This document shows positions 12,283 through 23,014 of a stretch of 64,000 bases of DNA, in pieces (position 1 is the stretch's first letter; every line of letters starts with the position of its first letter). The DNA is from Malacoraja senta. Lineage: Eukaryota. The notes below the pieces were generated by a model that had not been told where the DNA came from, did no database searches, and was given only the letters and a program-made list of their open reading frames with translations. Location: positions 10,852,001 through 10,916,000 of the forward strand of contig CM075994.1 in the NCBI GenBank assembly GCA_038087875.1, read 5' to 3'. A program made the position numbers and the translations under genes.

Positions 12283-12680
12283 GAGATGGACACAAAATAC
12301 TGGAGTATCTCAGCGAGTCACGCAGCATCTCTGGAGAAAAGGAATAGGTGACATTTCGGGTTGGGACCCTTTATCAGACTGAGAGTCACGGGAGAGGGAA
12401 CTAGGGGTTGAAGGGGTACAAAGAACAAATGAGTGAAAGTTATGAAAGAACAAATCAAAGCCAGCAGCGATGATAAAGGAAAGGTGGAGCCCACAATGGT
12501 CCATTGTTGGCCGTGGTGAAGATGATAACAAATAGATGCAAACAGTGATACTAAGCAAGACGACAGTGAAATTAATAGAACGATTAATCTAGAAATTAAT
12601 AAACTAGAGGAAACTTCTAGTTTCCCTCTCCCTTGACTCTTAGTCTGAAGACGGGTGTCAACCCGAAACGTCACCTATTA
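12283..12680. mobile_element. Penelope 3' UTR in inverted arrangement; intact-looking hammerhead core at 12645-12672 (+)
   Basis: Minus-strand UTR 12283-12610 followed by an inverted copy reading CTGAAGACGGGTGTCAACCCGAAACGTCACC. Confidence 0.7.
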
Positions 12681-12797
12681 TTTTAAAAAGAACCCAAGGG
12701 GTAACCTTTTCCGCACACTGCGGTGGGTAAATGAAACTAGACTCCAGTGGAGGTAGATGGGGCAGGTATTATAGCATTTAAAAGACATTTGGAAAGG

Positions 12798-13042
12798 TAA
12801 TAATAATAATAATGAATTTTATTTATGGGCGCCTTATACCGAGGTCTCAAGGACACCGTACAGAGATTTATAGGAAACATATAATCAGAATTTAAAAAAA
12901 TAAGTTATAAAGACCAATACACAAATCAGGGACAGAATTCCTTCCAAAAACACAAAAAAGAAAATCAGAAGCACAATTTGAGGAGAGAGCAGCGGCAACG
13001 AAACCGCGCCAGCGTCCACTCTCCCCTCCGACCGCCATCTTG
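12798..13042 (-). mobile_element. Short non-autonomous L2-type retroposon (AAGATGGCG head, L2-like tail, (TTA)n)
   Basis: Minus strand starts CAAGATGGCGGTCGG and ends GTGTCCTTGAGACCTCGGTATAAGGCGCCCATAAATAAAATTC(ATT)n. It sits inside a CR1 3' fragment. Confidence 0.6.
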
Positions 13043-13264
13043 AACACAGACTAACAAATACAATTACATACAAAAATCATCCCCCCACAATGATTTCCAC
13101 TGTGGGGGAAGGCACAATGTCCAGTCCCCAACCCCAGTTCACCCAAACAGTCAGGTACATGGATAGGGAAGGTTCTGAGGGACAAGCGCAAACGCGGGCA
13201 GGTGGGACTGGTGTACATGGGCCATCTCGATGAGCGTGGGCAAGTTGGGATGTGTAGGATGACT

Positions 13265-13778
13265 ACCACTCTAGACAATCCCAGCAGGTTTGTGGGTTAA
13301 TTTGCTTTTGTAAATTGCCCCTAGTGTGAAGAGAGTGGATGAGCAAGTGGGTTAACATAGAACTAGTGTGAATGGATGATTGATGGTCAGTGTGGACTCG
13401 GTGGGCCGAGAGGCCTGTTTCCATGCTGTAATTCTAAACAAAACTAACTTCCCAGCTCAACTTGTATAATTAAATTTAAAAGGATAAAACATCTTTAAAT
13501 CAGAGTTTAGGAAATAGGAGCAGGGGTATTCCATGTTTCATGTTATCCCACTTTCTCATCCACTCCCTACACATTCGGGACGATTTACAGAGGGCCAATT
13601 AACCAAGAAACCCGCACGTGTTTTGGATATTGGAGGAAACTGAAGCACACAGAAGAAACACAGCTGGTCACAGAGAGGACGTGCAAACTCCACACACGGA
13701 GCACACCGGAGGTCAGGATCGAACCGGGATCCCTGGTGTTGTGAGGCAGCGGCTCTACTAGCTGCGCCCCTGTGCTGC
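13265..13778. mobile_element. Two SINE fragments (plus 13265-13448, minus 13555-13778)
   Basis: Plus-strand tail GGACTCGGTGGGCCGAGAGGCCTGTTTCC; minus-strand head GGCAGCACAGGGGCGCAGCTAGTAG and GGTTCGATCC. Confidence 0.75.
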
Positions 13779-13880
13779 CCCTGCAAGTATTTCCTCACCT
13801 CTGGATTGGCCGTTTGCCGAATCCTTTGGTCTTGAATAACTTGCCGCCGTGAATGCACGCGTAGTCGATCTCGGCAAACT

Positions 13881-14008
13881 TCCGTGCAGATGTGGACCAG
13901 GCACTCGCGGACCATCGAGGCGCAGCGGCGACGGGCACCCAAGTGCTTGGGTGCCCGTCGCCGCTGTGCCTCGATGGTCTGCGAGTGCCTGGTCCACATC
14001 TGCACGGA
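13881..14008. repeat. 128-bp near-perfect palindrome (63-bp arms, 2-nt spacer, 2 mismatches)
   Basis: 13881-13943 is the reverse complement of 13946-14008 apart from two CpG/TpG differences. Confidence 0.97.
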
Positions 14009-14264
14009 GTTGTCCCTCTGGTAGCGCCAGTACTCCCGGTGCAGCTCACTGTAGCTCGAGAACTCTGCACCCACTCGGAAACCCGTCACCTGTGTCATGG
14101 CTACACGTGCATCAGATGGATTTGGCCGACTGGAGAGCGGGCACTGAGAATAGACCACATGCAGAAGATGCAGGTCAGACAAGGTAGAACGGATCAGAAC
14201 AGCTCATATATAGAGTTCAAGAATGGCACAGTGGCGCAACTGTAGAGTCACTGCCTCTAGGACA

Positions 14265-14490
14265 ATTTACATGCTAGGACAATTTACAAATTACAATTTA
14301 CAAATTTAGAGCAGCTAATTAACCTGCAAACCTGCACGTCTTTGGAGTGTGGGAGGAAATCGAAGATCTCGGAGAAAGCTCACGGAGAGAATGTACAAAC
14401 TCTGTACAGACAGCACCCGTAGTCGGGATCGAAACTGGGTCACTGTCGCTGCAAGCGTTTTAAGGCAACAACTCTAAAACTGCGCCCCTG
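14265..14490 (-). mobile_element. SINE fragment
   Basis: Reverse complement of the V-SINE head and core (CGGGATCGAAACTGGGTC, GGGAGGAAATCGAAGATC). Confidence 0.7.
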
Positions 14491-14924
14491 GAATTTCCAC
14501 GTCCCATCCACTATCTCATCCCGTCCAGATCTTATCCTTGTGAATGCTGGTAATAGCATCCGTTAGTTTTTCTTCCACTAACCTTTACCTCTCTGCACCG
14601 CTCAAGTCATGGAGTCATACAGCATGGAAATTGGCCCCTCAGCCCAACTCGCCCATGCGACCAACATGTCCATGCCTAATCCCTGGGATATGGAGCAGAG
14701 GGGATTCTACACCTGTGATGGGAGAGTCCAGGGATTGGGGACTTGGGGAAGGGGGAGTGGGATGGAAAATTCCAGATTTGGGACTGGGAGCAAATGCGAG
14801 GATCAGGGGCAGAAAGATACTTCCTGTTGATAGTCAACCATGAGTCAGCAGAGGGTGATTCAACAGGGAAAAAAGACTCAAAGTGCTGGAGTAACTCAGC
14901 GGGTCAGGCAGCATCTCTGGAGAA

Positions 14925-15722
14925 GCTGCTTTCTTCCCATATGCCTCAATTCCATTGGTGCTAAGAACTATATTTAACTCTGTTGAACACATCCAGTGAA
15001 TTGACCTCCACTTCCTTATGTGGCAGAGAATTCCAGATTTACAACTCTGGATGAAAAAGTTTTTCCTCATCTCAGTCCTATATGGCCATAGCATTCTTAA
15101 ACTGTGACCCCCTGTTTCTGGACTCCCCAAACATTGGGACCATTTTTCCTGCAGCTAGCCTATCTTATCCTTCTAAATGCTAGTGAATATAAGCAGTCGA
15201 TCCATTCTTTTATCATATGTCAGTCCCACCATCCCTGGAATTAACCTGGTGAACCTACGCTGCACCCTCTCAAAAGCAAGAATGTCCTTCCTCAAATTAG
15301 GTGACCAAAACTGCACACAATACTCCAGGTGTGGCCTCACCAGGTCCCTGTACAACTACAGTAGGACCTCTTTGCTCCTATACTCAAATCCTTCAGCTAT
15401 GATGGTCAACATGCCATTTGCCTTCTTCACTGCCTGCTGTACCTGCATGCTTACTTTCTATGACTGATGTACAAAGACACCCAGGTCTCGTTGCGCCTCC
15501 CGTCTTCCTAATCTGACACCATTCAGTTAATAATCTAACTTCTTGTTCTTGCCACCAAAGAGGATAACGTTACATTTATCCAAATTATACTGCACCTGCC
15601 ATTCATCTGCCCACTCACCCAACCTATCCAAGTCACCCTGCAGCCTCATAGCATCCTCCTCGCACCTCACACTACCACCCAGCTTTGTGTCATCCGCAAA
15701 CTTGGAGATGTTACATTCAATA
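14925..15722 (-). mobile_element. CR1 LINE RT fragment
   Basis: ISKFADDTKLGG and LVRPHLEYCVQFWSP on the minus strand. Confidence 0.88.
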
Positions 15723-16276
15723 CATAGGTACATAGGTGATGTTTCGGGTCAGGATCCTTCCTCACAATGTTTGTAGGGAAGGAGGGAAGAAATCTGGAAG
15801 GGAGGAAGAACAGGGCAAAGAGTAGAAGGTAAGAGGTGAACAAGGACGGTTTTTGATAGGCAGATGGTTAGACAGAGGCCAGAGAAGGAAATAAGGCGTG
15901 AGACGAAAGGTTTAAAGAGTTCTACTGTGGTGTTGGGGTTGAGAGATGGAGGACAATTTGGAGACTGGGCAATTCTCAGTTTGCGAGCTCAGGATTTAGA
16001 CGGAACAGCAATCCCAGAAATTGGAAAGATTGCCATGCATTTACATGGCACTGGTGACCTAGCCGGGTTTGTGTGCAGATTGCAATTCCACAGGTTTAAG
16101 GGTTAGAGGTCAATTCCTGTGGGAATTCCCTGGATCAGAGATGAGATCCAATCATTAGGCTTGGGGGAGACAAGTTGCAATCCGAGGGATTGGGGACTGC
16201 GGGGGAGATCCAAGGGACCGATTCCTGGGTTTCCGGAAACAATTTCCTGAGATTTAAGGTTAGATTTGGGGAGATC

Positions 16277-16520
16277 TGGGATCAGAGATGGGGCATGTTC
16301 CAACTCCTGGGATCAGTGATGAGGTGGGATCCAATTCCTGGAATTAGAGATGGGCTATGGTCTAATCCCTGGCATCACCAATGGGGCAAACTCCAATCCC
16401 TGGGATCAGAGACAGGGTGGGGTCCATTCCCAGAGATTAGGATAAAACAGGCTCCAATCCCAGGGATCAGAGGACGGGTGGGGTCCAATCACTGGGATCA
16501 GAGACTGCAGTCTAATCCTT
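16277..16520. repeat. Degenerate ~31-bp minisatellite, ~8 copies
   Basis: CTGGGATCAG..N..TCCAATCC-type units start at ~16277, 16307, 16338, 16369, 16400, 16431, 16461 and 16492. Confidence 0.75.
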
Positions 16521-16584
16521 CGGTGCAATGGGAAGTGGGAATCATTGGGATCAGGGACAATCCCTGGGATACAAATTCCTGGAG

Positions 16585-17735
16585 TTGGAATAATAATTGA
16601 ACGAGTGCAGGTGGAGGAATAATTGTGTTTGAGGTGGGGGCATCCCTGGGTTAGATAGTGGAATTTCCTGGGGTTTGGATAGCACTGCCTGCATCAGAGC
16701 ACTGGTTGAATCTGAGGTAATCCCTGGGTAAGAGAGGATGGCAATTCCAGACATTAGAATAATCGCCCGTGAGCCGGGGGAATCCCCCAGTCTGGGCTGG
16801 GAGCATCTTGTAATTCTCAGCATTGGGAGGGAAATCATGAGATTGTGGATCAGTGTTGGGGGCAATCCTTGATTCAGGTAGGCTGCAAGTTCCTGGGATT
16901 GGGATAATCACCCATGTGTGGGTGGGGGGTAATTCCTTGGGTTGGGTTAGGGGTATCTTGCAATGCTGAGCATTGGGAGAGGGGACAATCGCTAATTTAG
17001 AAAGGATGGATATTTCTGGCATTGGAATAATAATTGCCCGTGTGCAGGTGGGGATAATTCAATCCCTGGGTTGGGGGTAGGGGCATCCTGCAAAGCTCAG
17101 CACTGTGAGGGACATCTACAGGATGGTACATCGGAATAAATCCCTGGTTTTGATGGATGAGAATTCCTGGGATTGGGATAATAATCGCCCTTGTTGCAGG
17201 TAGGGTGGTAATTCTCCATGTTTGCAATGAGAGCATCTTGCAAGGCCCCGCATACGGAGAAAGATCCCTGGGATGGGAGATCGGTGGCAACGCCTGATTT
17301 AGAAAGGATAGAAATTCCTGGCATTGGAATGATAACCACCCATGTGGGGTTGATGGGATAATTCCCCAGGTTTGGGGTAGGGGCATCGATCTTGCAATGT
17401 TCAACATTGGGATAGGGGATCGGGATGAATCCCTGATTTAGATAAGATACAAATTCATGAGATTGGGATAAAAAATACCAGTGTATGTGCGGGGAATAGG
17501 TACCTGGGTTTGGGGGAAGGGGCTTCTTCCAATGCTCAGTATTGGGATGCAAATCTGCGGGACAGTAGATCGGGATCAATCCCTGAATTAGGTTGATGCA
17601 AATTGCTGGGATTGGGATAAAATTGCTCGTGTGTGGGCGGGGTTAATGAATAGGGACGGGGGGCGGTTGCAGTCCGGTGCTTGCGGTGCAGGATTGGGAT
17701 GATCCCGTATTCCTGGGCACAGGGATGGGTTTCCC
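16585..17735. repeat. Degenerate ~145-150-bp G-rich tandem repeat, ~8 copies
   Basis: ATTGG(G/A)ATAA..CCC.TGTG..GGGCATC.TGCAA.GCT.AGCATTGGGA recurs at ~16585, 16753, 16898, 17021, 17172, 17323, 17462 and 17611. Confidence 0.7.
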
Positions 17736-18160
17736 GCGTGTTTGGCAGCGTCTGACGCGCAGCCGCGGTGCCGGCACTTTGTCGCCGCTCCGGGCCCAGG
17801 TTGTCGCTGCCGGCGCACGGGCGCCGCTCTCACAGCACCAGCGCCACCTACCGTTCAACTGTGAGCGGCCCCACTCTCTCTCTCTCCGTCTCCGCCCCCA
17901 GCGCCCGCCATCCGGGCCGCGGGCTCCCCGCCCGCTCGCGCTCCATACCACCTGCACATGCGCACTGACACGGCACGGCCGGACACCCTGCACATGCCCA
18001 CTGACACGGCCTGCACAAAGTGGGCTGCACATGCGCACTACCACGGCAACCAGTCGGCGCCGGGCACTTTCTCCCTCGCTTTGCATTGTGGGAGATATGG
18101 CCGCCATTGTTCTCCGCTCGCCGCGACCGCTGAAACTCGACGCCGAATCACTCCGTGGAG
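17640..18160. promoter_or_regulatory. CpG island; probable promoter and first exon of the minus-strand ZSWIM3-like gene
   Basis: High CpG density, repeated NRF1-like TGCACATGCGCA, YY1-like CCGCCATT, and a candidate minus-strand donor ACG|GTAGGT near 17851. Confidence 0.6.
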
Positions 18161-19619
18161 CAGGCAGCATCTCTGGATAGGAATTGGTTGACGTTTCGGG
18201 TCAAGACTTTTTAGACTCCCTCTCGTTTTAGTGTTTTTAGTTTAATTTAAAAATACAGCGCGGAAAAAGGACCTTCGGCCCACCGAGTCCACACCGACCA
18301 CCGATCACCCGTACACTAGTTCTATCCTACATACTAGGGACATAAATCGAGAGTCAAGAGTGTTTCATTCTCTGATGTCCCAGTTAAAACAATGAAATCC
18401 GTACTTGCAGCAGCACAACAGAATATGTAAACATAGTACTCTGTAAACAATGTTATAAACGAGAAAACAAATCAACATATATTTATATATGAATATATAA
18501 CTATATAAATACATATATGTGTGTGTGTGTATATATATATACACCCACACACAGAATTTCCCTCCTGGGATTTATAAAATTATATCGTATAGTATCGTGT
18601 GTGTGTAGGAAGGAACTGCAGATGCTGGTTTACACCGAAGATAGACACAAAAAGCTGTACTAACTCAAGATGTCAAACATAATCTCTGGACCAAAGGAAA
18701 ATATTACGTTTTGGGTTGGGTCTGATAAAGGGTCCTGCACACCTTTGGAATGGGAAGGAAACAAGTTCAATGAAACCCGGAAATAACCCATGCGATCAAA
18801 GGGAAAAGGAGCAAACTCCATACAGACAGCACCCATATTCAGGATCGATTCCGGGTCTCTGGCACTTTTAGGCAGCAACTTTACGGCCAATGTACTGCCC
18901 CAAAGTCTTGAAGTGAATTAAAACATAGCTGTTAAGGAGACGTAGTGTGACTTAGAGATTTAAGACTGAAAATAGATAGTTGATTTTTTTTTAGTAACCA
19001 AAGATATCAACGTTTAATTTTTTGCGTGTTGGAAATCAAGATATAGTGGCACAGCCAGAGAACTGTGTTCGATCCTGTCCTCGGGCACTGTCTGTGTTGA
19101 ATTTGCACATTCTCCCTGCAAGCGTGTGGGTTTTCTCCCACATCCTAAAGATGCATTGGCTTTGTAGGTTAATTTGTCTCTGTAAAATTGCCCCGCATGT
19201 GTAGGGAGTGGGTGAGGTAAGTGGGATAACATAGACCTAGTGTGAATGGGTGATCGATGGTCCGTAAACTTGGTGGGCCGAAAGGCCTATTTCCATGTTA
19301 AATATCTAATGGAATTATGCAAGAGACCAAAGTATGAAGATGTACTGGAAACCTAGAGGGCTGAAAGATTGGAGGAGGTGGCGTGAATGGCAAAATTCAT
19401 GTTTCTTTTTAATCTACCACGCAGTTCCTTTCCCCTCCTCCATCCACTCATCTCCCACCCTTCCCAATGCCAAGTCACCCATTTTTATCCCCAAATCCAT
19501 GCTCATGCTCATGCCACCCCTGGTTCTACACTTTATGCGCCATTTCCACCATTTTGTTTTCTGTGTTTATAACCAAAGATACTAGAGGATAAACATTGTT
19601 TATAATCTCCAACTCCCGC

Positions 19620-19740
19620 ATCCGTCATTAATGCGGCCACCACGTGACGCGACACCATCTTGTCGATGCGGCCATGACGACGGTCGAGGACGGTGAAGGT
19701 GAAGCGGGTTTGGGTTTTTGATCCACGTCTGTGTCCGTCT
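19620..19740 (+). promoter_or_regulatory. Second CpG-rich promoter-like segment
   Basis: E-box CACGTGAC at 19641, YY1-like CCATCTTG, GCCATG at 19674, CpG-rich. Confidence 0.4.
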
Positions 19741-19890
19741 GAGCTCCCTCCCTCCCTCTGCAGCCCCACCCCGGGCGCTCCCTCCCTCCCTCTGCAGCCC
19801 CACCCCGGGCGCTCCCTCTGCAGCCCCACCCCGGGCGCTCCCTCCCTCCCTCCCTCTGCAGCCCCACCCCGGGCGCTCCCTCCCTCCCTC
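19741..19890. repeat. GC-rich minisatellite (CTCC)n-TCTGCAGCCCCACCCCGGGCG, 4 full copies
   Basis: Direct tandem copies with a variable CTCC count. Confidence 0.92.
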
Positions 19891-20524
19891 TCTCCCTATT
19901 CCCCTCCCCTGGGCCTCCAGGGTCCCGGGCGCTCACTGGGCTGTGTTATGTGAAACGGTGTTTGACGAATTCAAAAAGGTTTTAATCTAGAACTCGTCCA
20001 GCATTGATCATGAAGAGCGAGGGGAGTGGAGGGGCGGCGCGGTGTCGCAGCGGTAGAGTTGCTGCCTGAGTGACAGCGCCACAGATGTGGGTTCGATCCT
20101 GACTACAGGTGTTGGCTGCACGGCGTTGGCTCCTTCGTTCCTTCTCCCCATGGCCTCGGTGGGTTTTCTCCGGGTTCTCCAGTTTACTCCCACACCCCAA
20201 AGACGGCAGGAGCAGAATTCCGCGAGTAATGGAGGATAAGTGTACACATCTCTTTGCCGTGTACAAAGGATGGTGGTAATAGTGAGGTGAGACTTCCACT
20301 GCTGAATTAAAATATGTACTCATTCTAGATTCTTTCATCCTCCTGCAGTCTCTACAGTAATATCAATTGGCTAATTGTGCCACGGATTCCTGCCCCTCCT
20401 ATGGTTGTATAACTCCTGATCGAAGAGGAGGATTTACCAGGAGCCCTGCTGCGGTTATGTTGCATAGGTAGGTTCAGAGGTGCCATGTGATTATGCATCC
20501 TATATACATTGCACAATTGGAAAT

Positions 20525-21150
20525 TGGACTACGTAAAGCAGGTCTCCCCACTACACACCTACGAACTTTTTATAGGGGGACAATCGAGAGCACATTAACC
20601 TACGGCATCACTTCCTGGTTCGGGAGCTGCAAGGCGTACGAACGGCACCAACTAGACAGGATTGTGAAGACCGCCAGCAGGATTATTGGTGCTCCACTCC
20701 CTTTCCTGCTGGACATATACAGGAAGAGATGTATCAGCAGAGCCATCTCCATCATCAAAGACCCCTACCACCCATCCCATCACATATTCTCCATCCTGCC
20801 ATCTGGGAAGAGGTACCGGAGCATTAGGTGCAAAACCAGCAGGATGCTCCTCAGCTACTTCCCGCAGGTTATAAGACTGATAAACGGACTTTGTCCCCTG
20901 CCAAAGTATCGTGCACCAACCACCAACCTGGACACACTGCAGCAGAGCCACTGTCGTGCCGCTGTTGAACGCCTGTTGATGTTTAGTAGAGTAGAGTGTT
21001 AATTTGTTCATGATGTATGTATTTTTACTTCTATTTATTTTTTACTGCACACACTGAAATGGACACTGGTTGAGGAACGTTTTTTTGTTTCCTCTGGGTA
21101 TGCGAATACTCAGGAAATAACAATAAAGATATACAATACAATACAATACA
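20525..21150 (+). mobile_element. Rex1/Babar-type LINE 3' fragment
   Basis: FYRGTIESTLTYGITSWFG..DPYHPSH..LPSGKRYRS..SYFPQVIRLIN, followed by AATAAA and an (ATACA)n tail. Confidence 0.85.
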
Positions 21151-23014
21151 AATCTGGTTATGTACGGTTTAAAATTAATTTGCACGAGTTGTCTATGGAA
21201 ATGAATCAGATAGTCGACACACTTTTGCCAACGTCACTGATTTGTATTTTGCCAAATCATCCTCAAAGTTGCTGATGTTAAGCTAAAGTTGACTGACTAA
21301 AAGAAAGGAATAGAACAAAGAACATGGCCCTTTGGCCCACATTGTGCCGAACATGATGCCAAGATAAACTAATCCTCTCTGCCTGCACGTGATCCATTCC
21401 CTGCATATCCATGTGCCAATAAAAGGATATAGAAGAATAACATAGAACTGGCAAAAAAACGAATAAATAACTTATTGTCGAGTTCAGCATCTTAAATAGT
21501 TTTACTCACTCCCCTAACCAGCAGGGAGTGACTCAAAGTACTGCATTTCAGTTGTGTAGTCTTGCCTTTGATGCTAGCTGCTGCACCATGTGATAATTAA
21601 AGTTCACTTGGTGCAGCCGCAAGACTCTCCATTTCACTGCCTACTAAGTTGGGCAGCAGTTTTGAGTGTCACTAAATATCTAGTCTTGGATTCATTCCAT
21701 AGGGTCCTTGAATGAAATTCAACTGCTGCAGCCCTACTTCGACGTACATTGTTTGTAAAATCTTCACCCTCTCCTCTGGTTATCTCCTCTTTACACTCTC
21801 AGTCCTGTTGCAGGATCTTGACCTGAGGCTTCCACAGTACTTGGAAGTACCCCTGAGTTTCTCCAGTAATGTGTTTGTTGCCATATAAAAATGCTATTGT
21901 TTATGATACCAGAAATTCTTTTCTCTCGACAGTTAAGTATGGACAGATTGCCTCTTTGAAGAACATTGGCAGGAAATTCGACACTAGTGCCCAGATGTCC
22001 GAGGTAAACTAGGGGAAGGCTTATTATTAGAATTAGCTTTTATTTCAATGTATTACAGGAATACAATTTACCGTGCCGTTGTATTGGTTACTGCACTGGA
22101 GCTATCACTTCACATTCACTTTGCCCCTCATCATTTAACCTCCCCACCACCTTTCAAATGAAAAAAAACCATTATGGATATTCCCAAAACAATAGGAGAG
22201 ATTGGACAGCAGATGGTGCAAGGTCATTGATAATCAAGTCAAGTCAAGTGAGTTTATTGTCATGTGTCCCTGGTAGGACAATGAAATTCTTGCTTTGCTT
22301 GAGCACAACAGAACATAATAGGCATTTACTACAAGGCATTCTATAAATATATACACAATGGTCAATATACTGATAAAGTGCAAATAACAGTATTGGCTAG
22401 TAAAGTTCAGTGTTATGTCCGAGCCAGGTTTAATAGCCTGATGGCTGTGGGGATGTAGCTGTTCCTGAACCTGGTCGTTGCAGTCTTCAATGAATGGGAT
22501 GTTGCTCATTTAGTGGATATTACAGACTGTTTGAAAGTCTTTGCTTGTTTTGGTCATTGTTCTATTTCTTATTAATCATTTTTAACAGAAATTTTCAACG
22601 ACCAACTTTTAATATTCATAGATTTGGAGACAAATGGATTCATTTGGCAATAATTTGTCAATCTTATCCTTTCCATTACAAAGCTAAGTGGAAAAGCATA
22701 TTATGTCTATTCTGTTAACCAAAAACTTTCCCTCAATGTTTTAGTCTTTTCCTGATAAATATAATTTCACATTTTCTACCAATACTTAATCATTTTTACA
22801 ACTTTTCTAGTGTATCCATATTTTTTTTAAACACAACCCTGCGTTTTGAAACTTTGGGTTTGTCCCTCTATAAATATGCTTGGTTTGCTTTTGCTTGAAC
22901 CTTTTAATCTACCATGATTTTTTGTATATTTGTCCCTCCAAATTATTTTTTTCCCTTTAGATTCTTAGACATCAGGAAAACAGGTGTTAAAGCTGAAAAT
23001 TGTATTAATGTGAC

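Larger units (their letters stand above)
5657..14098 (-). pseudogene. ZSWIM3_N-like (FAR1/WRKY-GCM1 fold, MULE-related) spliced gene, frameshifted; coding exons 14098-13799, 10066-9958, 5894-5657
   Basis: ATG in GCCATG context at 14098. Reconstructed peptide: MTQVTGFRVGAEFSSYSEL..QMWTRHSQTIEAQRRRAPK / KFAEIDYACIHGGKLFKTKGFGKRPIQR | TNKMKCPCMIKVHLSADGDKFVVKEMNESHNHTVPQ | EEERLQHQRL.., with a C..C..HNH zinc ribbon. Splice sites are canonical (AG|GTGAGG, TTTTTCAG|, CAG|GTAAAA, CCCCACAG|, AAGG|GTAAGG) and phases match (2/2, 0/0). I did not find the downstream exon(s). Confidence 0.8.

Noticed and set aside
13556..14245. 208-aa and other overlapping ORFs on both strands
   Set aside because: They arise from the palindrome and read-through into a SINE; only the spliced ZSWIM3_N-like frame is supported.
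16277..16520. 31-bp units with conserved ends and variable middles, superficially CRISPR-like
   Set aside because: The conserved part is short and degenerate, the variable parts are short and related to each other, there are no cas genes, and the context is vertebrate.
17588..19990. Many overlapping Arg/Pro/Gly-rich ORFs
   Set aside because: Expected by-product of the CpG island and GC-rich VNTR; no recognisable domain.
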